Below, in pieces: positions 25,467 through 39,000 of a stretch of DNA of 64,000 nt. Each line of letters begins with the position of its first letter. The stretch's first letter is position 1. Position numbers and translations under genes: made by a program. The notes beneath the pieces are model-generated. The model was given only the letters and a program-made list of their open reading frames with translations. It searched no databases and was not told the DNA's origin. Location: NCBI RefSeq assembly GCF_006345805.1, contig NC_043024.1:17732001-17796000 (forward strand). Direction: 5' to 3'. Origin of the DNA: Octopus sinensis. Taxonomy: Eukaryota.

Positions 25467-25538
25467 TAAGGTGGTGAGAATCGTTAGCAAGCTGGGTGAA
25501 ATGCTTAGCAGCATTTCTACCATCTTTACGCTCTGAGG

Positions 25539-25574
<36 letters not shown>

Positions 25575-25790
25575 GCCATGAGCTGGCTGAAAAGTTAGCC
25601 TGCCAAGCAAAATTATTAGCAGCATTTAGTCCTCTTTATGTTCCGAGTACAAATTCTATTGACGTTGATTTTGCCTTTCACCCTTTTGGGGTCAATAATA
25701 TACCAGTTGTTTACTGGAGTTGATGTAATTAACTATCACTCTTCCCTAAAACTTCAGACCTTGTGCCTATTATAGAAAAGATTATTATTA
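25215..25790 (+). mobile_element. Three tandem SINE-B copies or fragments in (ATT)n
   Basis: GAAATGCTTAG and CCTTTCATCCTTT motifs recur, separated by ATT runs. Confidence 0.75.
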
Positions 25791-26319
25791 TTATCATTAC
25801 ATGTAGATAAGTGTTTGTGTCTTGTTGTCTTAACATCCCATGGTAGTTGTAAATGAGTGCCAATGTCATACAAGCAGTGTAGTTCATTTCCAATGTTTTG
25901 TAGAAACATGTCCAGCCATTGGGAAAATCTGACTTTTCTCAAAAACCGGTGAAGGTTGGCTAAAGGAAGGGCATCTAGCTGTAGAAAACTTACCTCATCA
26001 AAATCATTCTGATTCACACAAGCATGGAAAAGTGGACAATAAAACAATGGTGTGTACATGTATCTCCATGTATGTGTGTGCGTGTATGTGTATCTTTTAT
26101 TTTTTACTTGCTTTAGTCAATAGACTGTGGTCATGCTGGAGCACTGCCTTAAAGTGTTTCATTCAAAGAAATCGACCCCGGTACTTACTCTAAGCAAGCC
26201 TACGGTCTCTTTTGCCAAACCACTAAGTTACAGGGATTTAAACACACCAACATTGGCTGTCAAGCAATGGTGGGGTAACAAACACAGACACAAAGACACA
26301 CACCACACCTAAATATATA

Positions 26320-26374
<55 letters not shown>

Positions 26375-26473
26375 GTGTGGTGTAAGTATGCATACATACA
26401 TACATACATACATATATATATATATGACAATGATGATATATATGTGTGTGTGTGTGTGTGTTTATGCATATAC

Positions 26474-26520
<47 letters not shown>

Positions 26521-27263
26521 TATTTGTGTGTCTGTCTATGCTTGCATGTGCCTGTATAGGCTATCTTTTTCTGAGTGATGTATATATATATATGGTTAAA
26601 TGCACTGCTGGAGCTCTGATAGCCAGTTAAACATTGAGCAGTGCAGCTCTTCTCTTTCTAACAACTTCTCACCTGAGTAGCCGAGGGATGATTACATTAA
26701 CGTTACAACGCTTCTGGCTAAATCTATATTGGTAGAGCTTTCTGCAGTATATGAAGTACTTTTGTGTTGTGTTAAAAAGAATTAAGGTCCAGAGCGTGAA
26801 CATTTTTCGGGAATGTTTACATTCCTCATGCATGTTAATGTCACAGTTGCTGGCACTAAGGAGAAAAAAATACATTAGCGAATGTCTGTTACAGAACAAA
26901 ATCTAATCTGGCTACTCCCCCCTCTCTCTCTCTTTCTCACTCTCTCTCCATATATGTGTATAGGTGTTTATATGAATTATTGCATTAAACTTACAAACTG
27001 GACCATTTAAGAGCTTCTACAAACTCAACATTAAACCAGCCAACGTATTATCCTGTACATACATCTGAGTGTGCTGCCTTACACACTTTCATGCCTCTGT
27101 GTGTGTGTACATCTGTATATATATATATATGTATACATCTATATATGTATGCCTATTCATATATATATAGTATATGTATATATGTGTACGTACTTATCTG
27201 TGCATATGTATACACACATATACATATACAGGTATGTACATGTGTGTGTGTGTTTAATATATA

Positions 27264-27822
27264 CAGGGTATGGACAGTATTCATTCATATAATGACTATT
27301 TCAGGAAAAAATAAAAGTGTTTTTTATTTTTTGAGATATATTCATTAAATTTGGGTCCATTTGTCTTCAGGAGAAGTTCAATCAATCTCATTTGGTGAAC
27401 CCACCTTTGGCCTCGGTGAAAGCCTCCAGCTGAGCTTGGAGCCGGTCAGAGGCTTTCATCACTATCTCCCATTTTAGACCCCTGAAGGCCCTAGTAATCC
27501 TTACCCTCAGCTTGTCCTTTTAGTTGCAGCTGGATTTGTTGGCCTCTCATTCTACCACACCCGACACAAAGAAGATGAGGTGTTGTAGTCACACATGTTG
27601 GGCACCAAATATCAGGTGCTGCGTGATCAAAGAAGTTCTCCAACAGCCAGGCCCAAGTCTTCTGGTTGGTATTGCAGGTTGTAAAGCCTTCTTACAGCTG
27701 CTCAGTTAAACCAGGACTTCACCTGCTCACTCAGGCCGTAGATGTAGCCATTGGTGTTCAGTTTGAGGCTCTCAGGGAAGAAGTGGGGTGATGTGACATC
27801 ACCTTCAAACATCTTATATGCT
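27264..27822 (-). mobile_element. Tc1/mariner DD37D (maT)-like transposase 3' fragment
   Basis: EGDVTSPHFFPESLKLNTNGYI..VKSWF; KTWAWLLENFFDHAAPDIW; DRLQAQLEAFTEAKGGFTK*; possible TA|CAGGG terminus at 27264. Confidence 0.75.
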
Positions 27823-27979
27823 TATGGAAAGAGCTTCATTCAGTTACTAGCTACCAAATCCACTCACAAGGCTTTGGTCAGCCTGGGGCTATAATGCAAG
27901 AGACTTAGCCACCTTAGACTGAACCAGAAACCATGTGGTTGGAAAGCAAACTTCTTGAGTGCACAGTCATGCCTGCACC

Positions 27980-28015
<36 letters not shown>

Positions 28016-28621
28016 CGTGCGTGATCAAGTAAAATTTATTTTCAGTTCTATAATGAAATTATATTGGACCTACATCATCCGTCATCTTTTTCTATTCACT
28101 GATAACACAATGTCCTCTTACTCATAGACATTTGTGTGGACTAGTGACCTCTATGTTTAAATAACTAAAGAAGCTGAGGACTTCTATAATGAAATCATAT
28201 TGGACCTTGCTACATCATCAGCCATCTTTTTCTATTCACTGAGAACACAATGTCTGACTCATATTTAATCCTGATAAAGATTTTTTTTTTAAATGTGCCT
28301 AAAATATAAATATCTTACATGACTTAAATATTTTAGTTTTAAGTAAGGTTGGGAATCCTCTAGACACTCATCTCCTCTCTACAGTGGCCCCTTGACATTT
28401 CTAAGCACAAAGGTTTCAGAGTAAGTGCAAGTACTCTATATGGTTCCTCAGTGTGTTAGAAATAGCAGCCAAATCTTAATTATATCCTCCAAAATGAAGC
28501 AATACACTGGCTGGTTTACTCTTAGATACATTTAGTCAGAGAAGTAGAAGAAAGGATACTGGAATCTTTTTTCGCATTCATAGGTCTTATGTGTACCAGG
28601 GAAGACATTAAGTTAAATATT

Positions 28622-29031
28622 CTTTTCTACTCTAGGTACAAGGTCCGAAATTTTGAGGGAGGGAGCCAGTTGATTAGAACGACCCCAGTATGCAACTGGT
28701 ACTTAATTTATCGACTCCGAGAGGATGAAAGGCAAACTTGACCTTGGCAGAATTTGAACTCAGAACATAAAGACAGACAACATACCGCTAAGCATTTCGT
28801 CTGGCGTGCTAATGTTTCTTGTTTCTTTACTGCCCACAAGGGGCTAAACAGAGGGGACAAACAAGGACAGACAAACGGATTAAGTGCGTAACTGGTACTT
28901 ATTTAATCGACCCCGAAAGGATGAAAGGCAAAGCTGACCTCGATGGAATTTGAACTCAGAACATAGCGGCAGACGAAATACCACAAAGTATTTCGCCTGG
29001 CATGCTAACGTTTCTGCTAGCTTGCCACCTT
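28622..29031 (-). mobile_element. SINE-B dimer bounded by one 16-bp direct repeat
   Basis: CATTAAGTTAAATATT at 28606-28621 and 29032-29047. Confidence 0.85.
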
Positions 29032-30029
29032 CATTAAGTTAAATATTGTCATCAACACCACTACCACCACGAACCCATCAATCACCATTACCACCACCAC
29101 CACCACCGACAGTGACTGCCACCCCTCCACCCCTCACTTCCACCTTCACCGTTAATCATATTCACCACAAACAGTCACCAGTCTACCACCACCAACACCA
29201 TCATGACCACCATCATCATCATCATTACCACTACCACTAACATCACCACCATCACCCTTATCAAGAGTACTGCTATGTGTGATGATGGGGTGGGGAATAC
29301 CCCAGGGAGAAAGAAATGGTAAGAAAACGTAATATTTGAGAGAAAAATAAACAATTAAAAAAAGATAACATGTAATGAGTGGAACTGAAGAGAGAGGAGT
29401 GTTTGTCATTTTTGGAATGTCAAACAAATGTCATGGCAACGAAACCATGTGTTGGTTGGTGAGGGGGAGTGGCACAGTGGGGTGGTTGAGGGAGGAGCAC
29501 AATAGAGAGGTAGGGAAGGGCACATTTGGGACTTAAAAGTGGAACAGTGGTCAGGGTGGAGTGAGTGGGATGAATGGAAAGATATTATGTGTGTGTGGCA
29601 TAATTGGAGTGGAGAAACCAGGATGTTTAAGGTTCTGTGTGTGTGTGTGTGTGCCCAGATGGTTGGGTGAGTGGATATGGTATTGAATAGCCTAAAGCAG
29701 ATGTCTTATGTATTTGAGCCACTAAACTTACTACCCATTGCAAGGAAAATACAGCCGGAGAAGTTAATGTAAAGTAGATTGTTGCTTTATCCCAGTGAAG
29801 ATATTATCTTGAGTCACAGCATCTCTAGGTCAGTGTATTTATTTTTGCATCAGCTTAGTTGCTCTCATTATCAGTAAGTAGTTTAATGATGCATCAAGAG
29901 AGTTTAGTCTTAGGTTGACTTGCATTCCATCCCAGGAGAGATACTTTCCTCCTCTTCTCACCCTAACATAGTACAGTTCATTCTAATACCCTCAGTTCAC
30001 CACCCAACTGTCAAGCAGAATAGATACCC

Positions 30030-30405
30030 TCTTTTACTTGTTTCAGTAATTTGACTATGACCATGCTGGAGCACCTCCTTTAGTCAAGCAAATTGACCCC
30101 AGGACATATTCTTTGTAAGCCTAGTACTTATTCTATTGGTCTTTTTGCCGAACTGCTAAGTTACAGGGATGTAAACACACCAGCGTTGGTTGTCAAGTGA
30201 TGCTGGGGAGCACAAACACACACACACATATATATATATATATGACGGGCTTCTTTCAGTTTCCATCTACCAAATCCACTCACAAGGCTTTGGTCAGCCC
30301 GAGGCTATAGTAGAAGACATTTGCCCTAGATGCCACACAGTGGGACTGAACCCAGAACCATGTGGCTGGTAAGCAAGCTACTTACCACACAGTCACTCCT
30401 ACACC
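30030..30405 (-). mobile_element. SINE family A
   Basis: Full reverse-strand copy. Confidence 0.9.
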
Positions 30406-31059
30406 TGATACATTTTTGAAATTAATTCAAAGATGGGCTAGCTAGCTATCCCTGTGAATATATATGGTATGTTATATGGTATGAATATATTGGTATGTTG
30501 GTGAACTTACAACGTAACGCAGACGAAATACCGCTAAGCATTTCGCCCGGCGTGCTAACGTTTCTGCCAGCTTGCTACCTTGATAAAACTGAATATTGTA
30601 ACATATTAGATGGTTCTAGATGTGATCTGTGAAGAAAGAAAATAGGAAGCAAGGTAAGGTAGGATGGCCATGGCTGGGATGCTTTTGATTGTTGGTCTGC
30701 TAGATTAGGACTGATTGATGTTTAACAACTTGAACTTTGACAGGTCTCTTAACCCCTTGGAGTGTATCTAGGGTGAGAAAGCCTGGCAGAGCCCATTCCT
30801 CTCCAGGCTAAACTCCTTTCTACAGCTGAGTGAAAGAAGTGTTTTGCTTAAGAACACAATGCATCACCCAGTCTAGAGATTGAAACCACAATCTTACAGT
30901 CAGGAATCCAACACTCTAACCACTAAGCTACGTGCCTTCACTATTACCAGCTTGAACTACCATTACAATAACAGCTGCCAGGTTGAGCTGTTGAAATATC
31001 CAATGTCATCACATGTGAGGCGGGGCAGGTGGGTGGGTTGTTATTAGGTATTGCTAAAG

Positions 31060-31194
31060 GATGTGTGAGTGTGTGTATATGTGCATGTGTGTATTCATGT
31101 GCATATATACATGTATATATGTAAGTGCATCTATATATGTATGTATGTATATATATATTATATATATATTATGTATATTTATATATATTATGTG

Positions 31195-31247
<53 letters not shown>

Positions 31248-31501
31248 GAATATATATATATTATGTATATATATATATATGTATATATATATATAATATA
31301 TATATATATATAAACATATATGCGTGTGTATGTGTTTGAATATATATATACACACACACATATATCATCGTCATCATGGAAAGCAGCTACTGAATGTTGA
31401 TGATGATAATGATATATGTATGTATGAGCATGTCTTTGAATATTATATATTTGTACATGTGTATATATGTATATGTGCATGTATATATGTATGTATGTAT
31501 G

Positions 31502-31536
<35 letters not shown>

Positions 31537-31560
31537 AACCATATGACACACACATGTATT
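31060..31560. repeat. (TA)n-dominated microsatellite field
   Basis: Direct reading. Confidence 0.95.
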
Positions 31561-33486
31561 CAAATTATATTGCATTGATATCAATCTTGATGTCAATGAA
31601 ATAAAAAGTCTAGATGTATTGTAACATTTTTTTCTCAATTTGTACTCTGCATATGTGATACAGCATGCTTAGATCACATTTATATCGCAACTAGCATATC
31701 GAGCCTGCGATGGTGGCAGTGGTAGTGATGACAGTGACAATCCTGGTAGTGACGGGAGTGACAGTGGCGATGGATATATCTTACAGCATCACCGCAAATT
31801 GATACAGTCACACGGGAATATGTTGAGCTGTATCATATACTTCAGGTTTTTCTCCATCAGATGAGCGGGAAGAAGAAGAAGTGTGATATTTTTTTTATTT
31901 CATGTCAATACCCAGACGCATTAACAACCAACGAAATACATCAACGAAAGTCATGTGATACTTATAAAATGAAATTTCTAACATACATATTTTTGTTTTA
32001 AAATGCCATAATTTTTCATCATAATTATGGCCATCGTCATCATCATTATTATTATTATTATTATTGTCATCATCATCTTTATTATTATTTGCTACTATTA
32101 TTATTATTTTTAGTTTCCTTTTAAATTATATATTTGTCTTTAATGTTTACTTATTTTCCTTGAATATCATTTAGTGCTGCAAGCCAATCATAAAATAAAA
32201 AGATATCAAAAACTAATATTAGATATAATGTTAGTGATATCAAATATTTAATCAATATCACAATTTTCTTCACTTCTTCCCTGCAAATGAAAAGCGAATA
32301 AATAACAAAACAAAAAGAAATATAGAAAATACAAAATTCAAATTTTCATTCGTCTTCATTAATTTTCGTTATCATGGTTCGCTTTTTTATTTGTTTCACA
32401 TTTGTTTTTGTTGCAGTTTTTTTCTTCAATTTCTCATTTATTTGTCTTTTGCTCTGAGGAATCGTTCGCAATTGTATATAACAGTTACTTTGCACTTATC
32501 TGGCAGTTAATATTACACATACATAATAAGCTACAATTTGAGGCAAGACAAAAAGGAAGAAAATAAAAAATAAAACATATTCTGTGCAGTGGTAGAAGAG
32601 GGGGAATAAACAGATGTTGTGTAACATAGCTGGTAACAATGCTGCCTGGCAAACGATACATTCATAGTTCAAGTCCAGTCAGTGGAGCCTGCTGTTGTTT
32701 TCTTTTTATTTTTCTATTTCTCAAGTCAGTGCTGAGACACCCTTTAGATTTAAAATGCATTTCTCGCTGCATTGCATGTTCATTTGTCCTTTTGCATCTG
32801 TGATTTTATTCTTCTTCTTCTATATAAATGAAGAGATTTCCTTCGTTTTGTTGCTTTTCTTTCTACGAAATGAAAAGATACATTGCGGAACTGTTATTGT
32901 AATGAGTTGTAGCTATTTACCACCAGATGGTCCTGAACCAGCTGCTAAGTGTCCCACCCGTGAGGGATCAATGTTAGATGTTTCGAAACAATTGTTGTGA
33001 TTAATAATAAATTCTCATATAGTCCATCTTCTGTCATATATATATATATATATCTCTTATTATAAAAGGCAGATTTTATCTGCCTCCCTTTGTCAGTTAT
33101 AGAAATCTACAATATAGGATTTCTTCAATTACAATTTACCTAGCATTTTTAAGAGTAGAATGCATCGGGTCGTGCCAGGTCCACTTTTTAAAATTTCAAC
33201 CCCAATTAAGCAAAATTTAGAGAAAACTCACATTGTGGTGTATGAGTCAAATGCTTCTCTTAGTGTGGGATACAGCACACGCAAACGCACACACACAGTG
33301 TGCAACGAATAAAGCGAAAGTAATTCACTTTCTGTAGTGAGTGACTCTTTCACTCTGCCTCCCACTTCCTCTTTACACACATAGACACGCAAATATATAA
33401 ATAAAATTGTAAGCTAACGTGCGTGTGTGTGTGTGCGTGTGTGTGTGTGAGGGTGCGTGTGTGCGTGTGCGTGAGTGTGTGACAGG

Positions 33487-34165
33487 AAAGTTTTTTAGGA
33501 CGAATATAAGACCTATATCCACGTAGCAGAAAGATCGCCTAAAAGTGTATATAGATATTTAAATGTATTTATATATTCATCTATACACAGATGTATGTAT
33601 AATGTGTGTATATATTTCCATAGAGGTAACCTTTCACTCCATACAAAGTTTTTTAGGACGAATATAACATCTAAAGTATATACAAGTAGCAGAAAGATCG
33701 CCCAAAAGTGTATATAGATATTTAAATGTATTTATATATTCATCTATACACAGATGTATGTATAACGTGTGTGTATATATTTCTATAGACGAACCATTCA
33801 CATTCACTCCCGCAAAAGTTTTTTAGGACGAAAATAAGATCTAAAGTTATCTCTAAGTAGCACAAAGATCGCCCAAAAGTGTATATAGATATATAAATGT
33901 ATTTATATATTCATCTATGCACACATGTATGTATAACGTGTGTGTATATATTTCCATAGAGGTAACCATTCACTCCATACAAAGTTTTTTAGGACGAAAA
34001 TAAGATCTAAAGTTATCTCTAAGAAACAGAAAGATCGCCCAAAAGTGTATATAGATATTTAAATGCATTTATATATTCATCTATACACACATGTATGTAT
34101 AATGTGCATGTATATATTTCCATAGAGGTAACCATTCAATCCATACAAAGTTTTTTAGGACGAAA
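33487..34165. repeat. ~165-bp tandem repeat inside the Helitron (4 units plus the start of a fifth)
   Basis: AAAGTTTTTTAGGACGAA at ~33487, 33645, 33815, 33981 and 34147. Confidence 0.93.
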
Positions 34166-34412
34166 TATTTATATATAAAAGAAAGGTTGGTGTCTGTCTA
34201 CTCCGATTTAGATTCCTAACTACTCCCACATTTTGCGATGCAGTTTAACCAAAACCGGGTATCTTATAGTCGTGATTCATATCGAGCCCTTCTGGATATT
34301 AGCGCGCGTCTACGATGAGTCTATGATTTTACAAATAATTTACCATCATTTTTTTCCATTTTAATGCATATTTTTTTAAATAAAGGGAAGTAATCTCAAA
34401 CTTCACACCAAT

Positions 34413-34934
34413 ATGCGTGCTCATATGCGACGTAATATCACATCAGCAGCATTTCCTCACACCCTCCTTGCACTTGGCGAAGGCAAAATACCAGGGGATG
34501 AAAATGGTAATATTGCCATCGATTCCATTTGTACCATTGTTAAGACGCCTTCTGATCTCAGAGATGCAGTGTTCCCAGATCTACAAGCTAATTATCAGAA
34601 TATGGATTGGATTGGCAAAAAGGCTATACTGGCCCCGAGGAATAAAACTGTTCACCATATTAATGATGAAATGCTAAAACTCATTCCTGGGGAAGTCTAT
34701 GTATATCAGTCTATCGATACAACTCCTGACCCAGAGGACGTCATCAACTATCCAATAGAGGTACTCAATTCCTTTGAGCACCCCGGACTACCACCACATT
34801 TTCTCAAACTTAAAGTTGGTGCCCCTATAATGCTCATCAGAAATTTGGTTCCCCCAAAACAATGCAATGGCACACGCTTGATTGTTAAGTCCTTATCTCC
34901 CACCGTAAACTTATATCAATATTTGCCTGAATAA
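34413..34934 (+). pseudogene. Helitron RepHel PIF1-type helicase fragment
   Basis: AILAPRN..V..IN..L..IPG..Y.SID; E.LNS....GLPPH.LKLKVGAPIMLIRNL.PP..CNGTRL. Confidence 0.92.
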
Positions 34935-35133
34935 TCATCATAATTCAGTGCAATCATTAACAGTACTTTCAAGCAATTCAGCCCCGAGCAACCCCGGGCA
35001 ATTCTGCTAGTATACAATAAAAGCAATTACGATTCAAGTCAATTCTAATGAATTCACTTGAATGCGGTACTTAACTTAGATGCACCAGAAAACTATATGG
35101 TGTTAACCATACAGTAATGTGGGGTGATTATAA

Positions 35134-35306
35134 ACGAGAAAGAAGCAACAAGAATGGATTAGTTTTTAGTACAATTGTTTCATACAAAGACAGGCTTTAT
35201 TAAAAGTTGCAAATATCTGCTGCAATATTTGCAACTTTTAATAAAGCCTGTCTTTGTATGAAACAATTGTACTAAAAACTAATCCATTCTTGTTGCTTCT
35301 TTCTCG

Positions 35307-35307
<1 letters not shown>
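35134..35307. repeat. Perfect inverted repeat with 83-bp arms and an 8-nt loop
   Basis: 35134-35216 is the exact reverse complement of 35225-35307; loop CTGCTGCA. Confidence 0.98.
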
Positions 35308-35337
<30 letters not shown>

Positions 35338-35446
35338 GTCTTGCGAGGGTCATTGTGCCTTGCAAACCAGATACAAAGACAAAATATATATATATATTAT
35401 ATATATTTACACACACACACACACACACACATATATACATCTAAAC

Positions 35447-35477
<31 letters not shown>

Positions 35478-35479
<2 letters not shown>

Positions 35480-35792
35480 AAGGCACTTGGCTCAGTGGTT
35501 AGAGCATAGAGCTTGCGATCGTGAGGTTGTGAGTTCGATTCCCGGGCTGCATGTTGTGTTCTTGAGCAAGACACTTTATTTTACGTTGCTCCAGTTAACT
35601 CAGCTGTAGAAATGAGTTGCAACATCGCAGGTGCCAAGCTTTATCAGCCCCTTAGCCTTTCCCTTGGATAGCATCAGTGGTGTGGAGAGGGGAGGCTGGT
35701 ATGCTGGTCTTCCACAAACAATCTTGCCCTGACTTGTGCCTCGAAGGGTAACTTTCTAGGTGCAACCCATGGTCATTCATGACCGAAGGGGG
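35478..35792 (+). mobile_element. tRNA-headed SINE with an E-type central domain and a different tail
   Basis: TGGCTCAGTGG and GAGTTCGATTCCC boxes; TTCTTGAGCAAGACACTTTAT..ACTCAGCTG as in 16812-17120; tail unrelated. Confidence 0.8.
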
Positions 35793-35802
35793 TCTCCTCC
35801 TC

Positions 35803-35848
<46 letters not shown>

Positions 35849-35862
35849 GTGTATATATGTGG

Positions 35863-35904
<42 letters not shown>

Positions 35905-36040
35905 GTGTGTGTATATATATTATATATATATATATATAATATATATATACATATATATATTATATATATATACATATATATATATAACATATATACATAC
36001 ACACATTCATACATACATACATACATACATATACATATAT

Positions 36041-39000
36041 ATGAAGAAGTGCTGAATTCTTAAAGTGGATGGAACTCATGGAAGAGAGAGACCCAGAAAG
36101 ACATGGGACAGAGTGCTGAATGCTGATCTCAAGATGCTGAGCTTTACAAAGGTGATGACAAAGGATCGAGATATCTGGCATGTTGCTGTAATCAAAAAGA
36201 TCCATTCACTATGGCAGAATTGATATCCTAAACCACTTTTGGTTAGTACTCCTCTCCCAGCTGAAAGAATCTTTGTCTTGAAAGTTATTCAGTGACTCTG
36301 CTGGTGCCCGTCCCACATAAAGAAACACTGATAATGGTGCTATGTAAAAAGCACTGGTGCTTGTGCCACATAAAAAGCACTGGTACCTGGTGCCATGTAA
36401 AAAGCACTGGTACCTGGTGCCATGTAAAAAGCACTGGTACCAGGTGCCATGTAAAAAGCACTGGTACCTGGTTGCCATGTAAAAAGCACTGATGCTTGTG
36501 CCACATAAAAAGCACTGGTACTGGTGCCATGTAAAAAGCACTGATGCTTGTGCCACATAAAAAGCACTGTACTGGTGCCATGTAAAAAGCACTGGTACCT
36601 GGTGCCATGTAAAAAGCACCGGTACCTGGTGCCATGTAAAAAGCACTGATGCTTGTGCCACAAAAAAGCACTGGTACCTGGTGCCATGTAAAAAGCACTG
36701 ATGCTTGTGCCACATAAAAAGCACTGGTACTGGTGCCATGTAAAAAGCACTGGTACCTGGTGCCATGTAAAAAGCACTGGTACCTGGTGCCATGTAAAAA
36801 GCACCTGGTACCTGGTGCCATGGAAAAGCAAGATGATGCTTGTGCCACATAAAAAGCACTGGTACCTGTGTGCCATGTAAAAGCACTGATGCTTGTGCCA
36901 CATAAAAAGCACTGGTACCTGGTGCCATGTAAAAAGCACTGGTACCTGGTGCCATGTAAAAGCACTGGTACCTGGTGCCATGTAAAAAGCACTGGTACCT
37001 GGTGCCATGTAAAAAGCACCGGTACCTGGTGCCATGTAAAAAAGCACTGATGCTGTGCCACATAAAAAGCACTGGTACCTGGTGCCATGTAAAAAGCACT
37101 GGTGCTTGTGCCAATAAAAAGCACTGGTACCTGGTGCCATGTAAAAAGCACCGGTACCTGGTGCCATGTAAAAAGCACTGATGCTTGTGCCACATAAAAA
37201 GCACTGGTACCTGGTGCCATGTAAAAAGCACTGGTGCTTGTTCCACATAAAAAGCACTGGTACCTGGTGCCATGTAAAAAGCACTGGTGCTTGTGCCACA
37301 TAAAAAGCACTGGTACCTGGTGCCATGTAAAAAGCACCGGTACCTGGTGCCATGTAAAAAGCACTGATGCTTGTGCCACATAAAAAGCACTGGTACCTGG
37401 TGCCATGTAAAAAGCACTGGTGCTTGTGCCACATAAAAAGCACTGGTACCTGGTGCCATGTAAAAAGCACTGATGCTTGTGCCACATAAAAGCACTGGTA
37501 CCGGTGCCATGTAAAAAAGCACTGGTACCTGGTGCCATGTTAAAAAGCACTGGTGCTTGTGCCACATAAAAAGCACTGGTACCTGGTGCCATGTAAAAAG
37601 CACTGGTACCTGGTGCCATGTAAAAAGCACTGATGCTTGTGCCACATAAAAAGCACTGGTACCTGGTGCCATGTAAAAAGCACTGGTGCTTGTTCCACAT
37701 AAAAGCACTGGTACCTGGTGCCATGTAAAAAGCACTGGTGCTTGTGCCACATAAAAAGCACTGGTACCTGGTGCCATGTAAAAAGCACCGGTACCTGGTG
37801 CCATGTAAAAAGCACTGATGCTTGTGCCACATAAAAAGCACTGGTACCTGGTGCCATGTAAAAAGCACTGGTGCTTGTGCCACATAAAAAGCACTGGTAC
37901 CTGGTGCCATGTAAAAAGCACCGGTACCTGGTGCCATGTAAAAAGCACTGATGCTTGTGCCACATAAAAAGCACTGGTACCTGGTGCCACATAAAAAGCA
38001 CTGGTACCTTGTGCCACATAAAAAGCACTGGTACCTGGTTCCACATAAAAAGCACTGGTACCTGGTGCCATGTAAAAAGCACTGGTGCTTGTGCCACATA
38101 AAAAGCACTGGTACCTGGTGCCATGTAAAAAGCACTGGTGCTTGTGCCACATAAAAAGCACTGGTACCTGGTGCCATGTAAAAAGCACTGGTGCTTGTGC
38201 CACATAAAAAGCACTGGTACCTGGTGCCACATAAAAAGAACTGTACCTGGTGCCACATAAAAAGCACTGGTACCTGGTGCCATGTAAAAAGCACTGGTAC
38301 ATGGTGCCATGTAAAAAGCACTGGTGCTTGTGCCACATAAAAAGCACTGGTACCTGGTGCCATGTAAAAAGCACTGGTGCTTGTGCCACATAAAAAGCAC
38401 TGGTACTGGTGCCATGTAAAAAGCACTGGTGCTGTGCCACATAAAAAGCACTGGTACCTGGTGCCATGTAAAAAGCACTGGTGCTTGTGCCACATAAAAA
38501 GCACTGGTACCTGGTGCCATGTAAAAAGCACTGGTGCTTGTGCCACATAAAAAGCACTGGTACCTGGTGCCATGTAAAAAGCACTGGTGCTTGTGCCACA
38601 TAAAAAGCACTGGTACCTGGTGCCATGTAAAAAGCACTGGTGCTTGTTCCACATAAAAAGCACTGGTACCTGGTGCCACATAAAAAGCACTGGTACCTGG
38701 TGCCACATAAAAAGCACTGGTACCTGGTGCCATGTAAAAAGCACTGGTACATGGTGCCATGTAAAAAGCACTGGTGCTTGTGCCACATAAAAAGCACTGG
38801 TACCTGGTGCCATGTAAAAAGCACTGGTGCTTGTGCCACATAAAAAGCACTGGTACCTGGTGCCATGTAAAAAGCACTGGTGCTTGTGCCACATAAAAAG
38901 CACTGGTACCTGGTGCCATGTAAAAAGCACTGGTACCTGGTGCCATGTAAAAAGCACTGGTGCTTGTGCCACATAAAAAGCACTGGTACCTGGTGCCATG

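Larger units (their letters stand above)
33053..35010 (+). mobile_element. Non-autonomous Helitron (1958 bp)
   Basis: 5' TC after A (33052); 3' GC-rich hairpin CCCGAGCAACCCCGGG, then CTAG ending at 35010 and followed by T (A|T target, no TSD); contains a PIF1-helicase fragment. Confidence 0.93.

Noticed and set aside
26590-26650. 9-bp stem TGCACTGCT/AGCAGTGCA as a possible miRNA or snoRNA
   Set aside because: The stem is too short and there are no supporting boxes.
31700-31864. Short Gly/Ser/Asp-rich frame
   Set aside because: About 55 codons of GAT/GGT low complexity, bounded by stops, with no strong splice sites.
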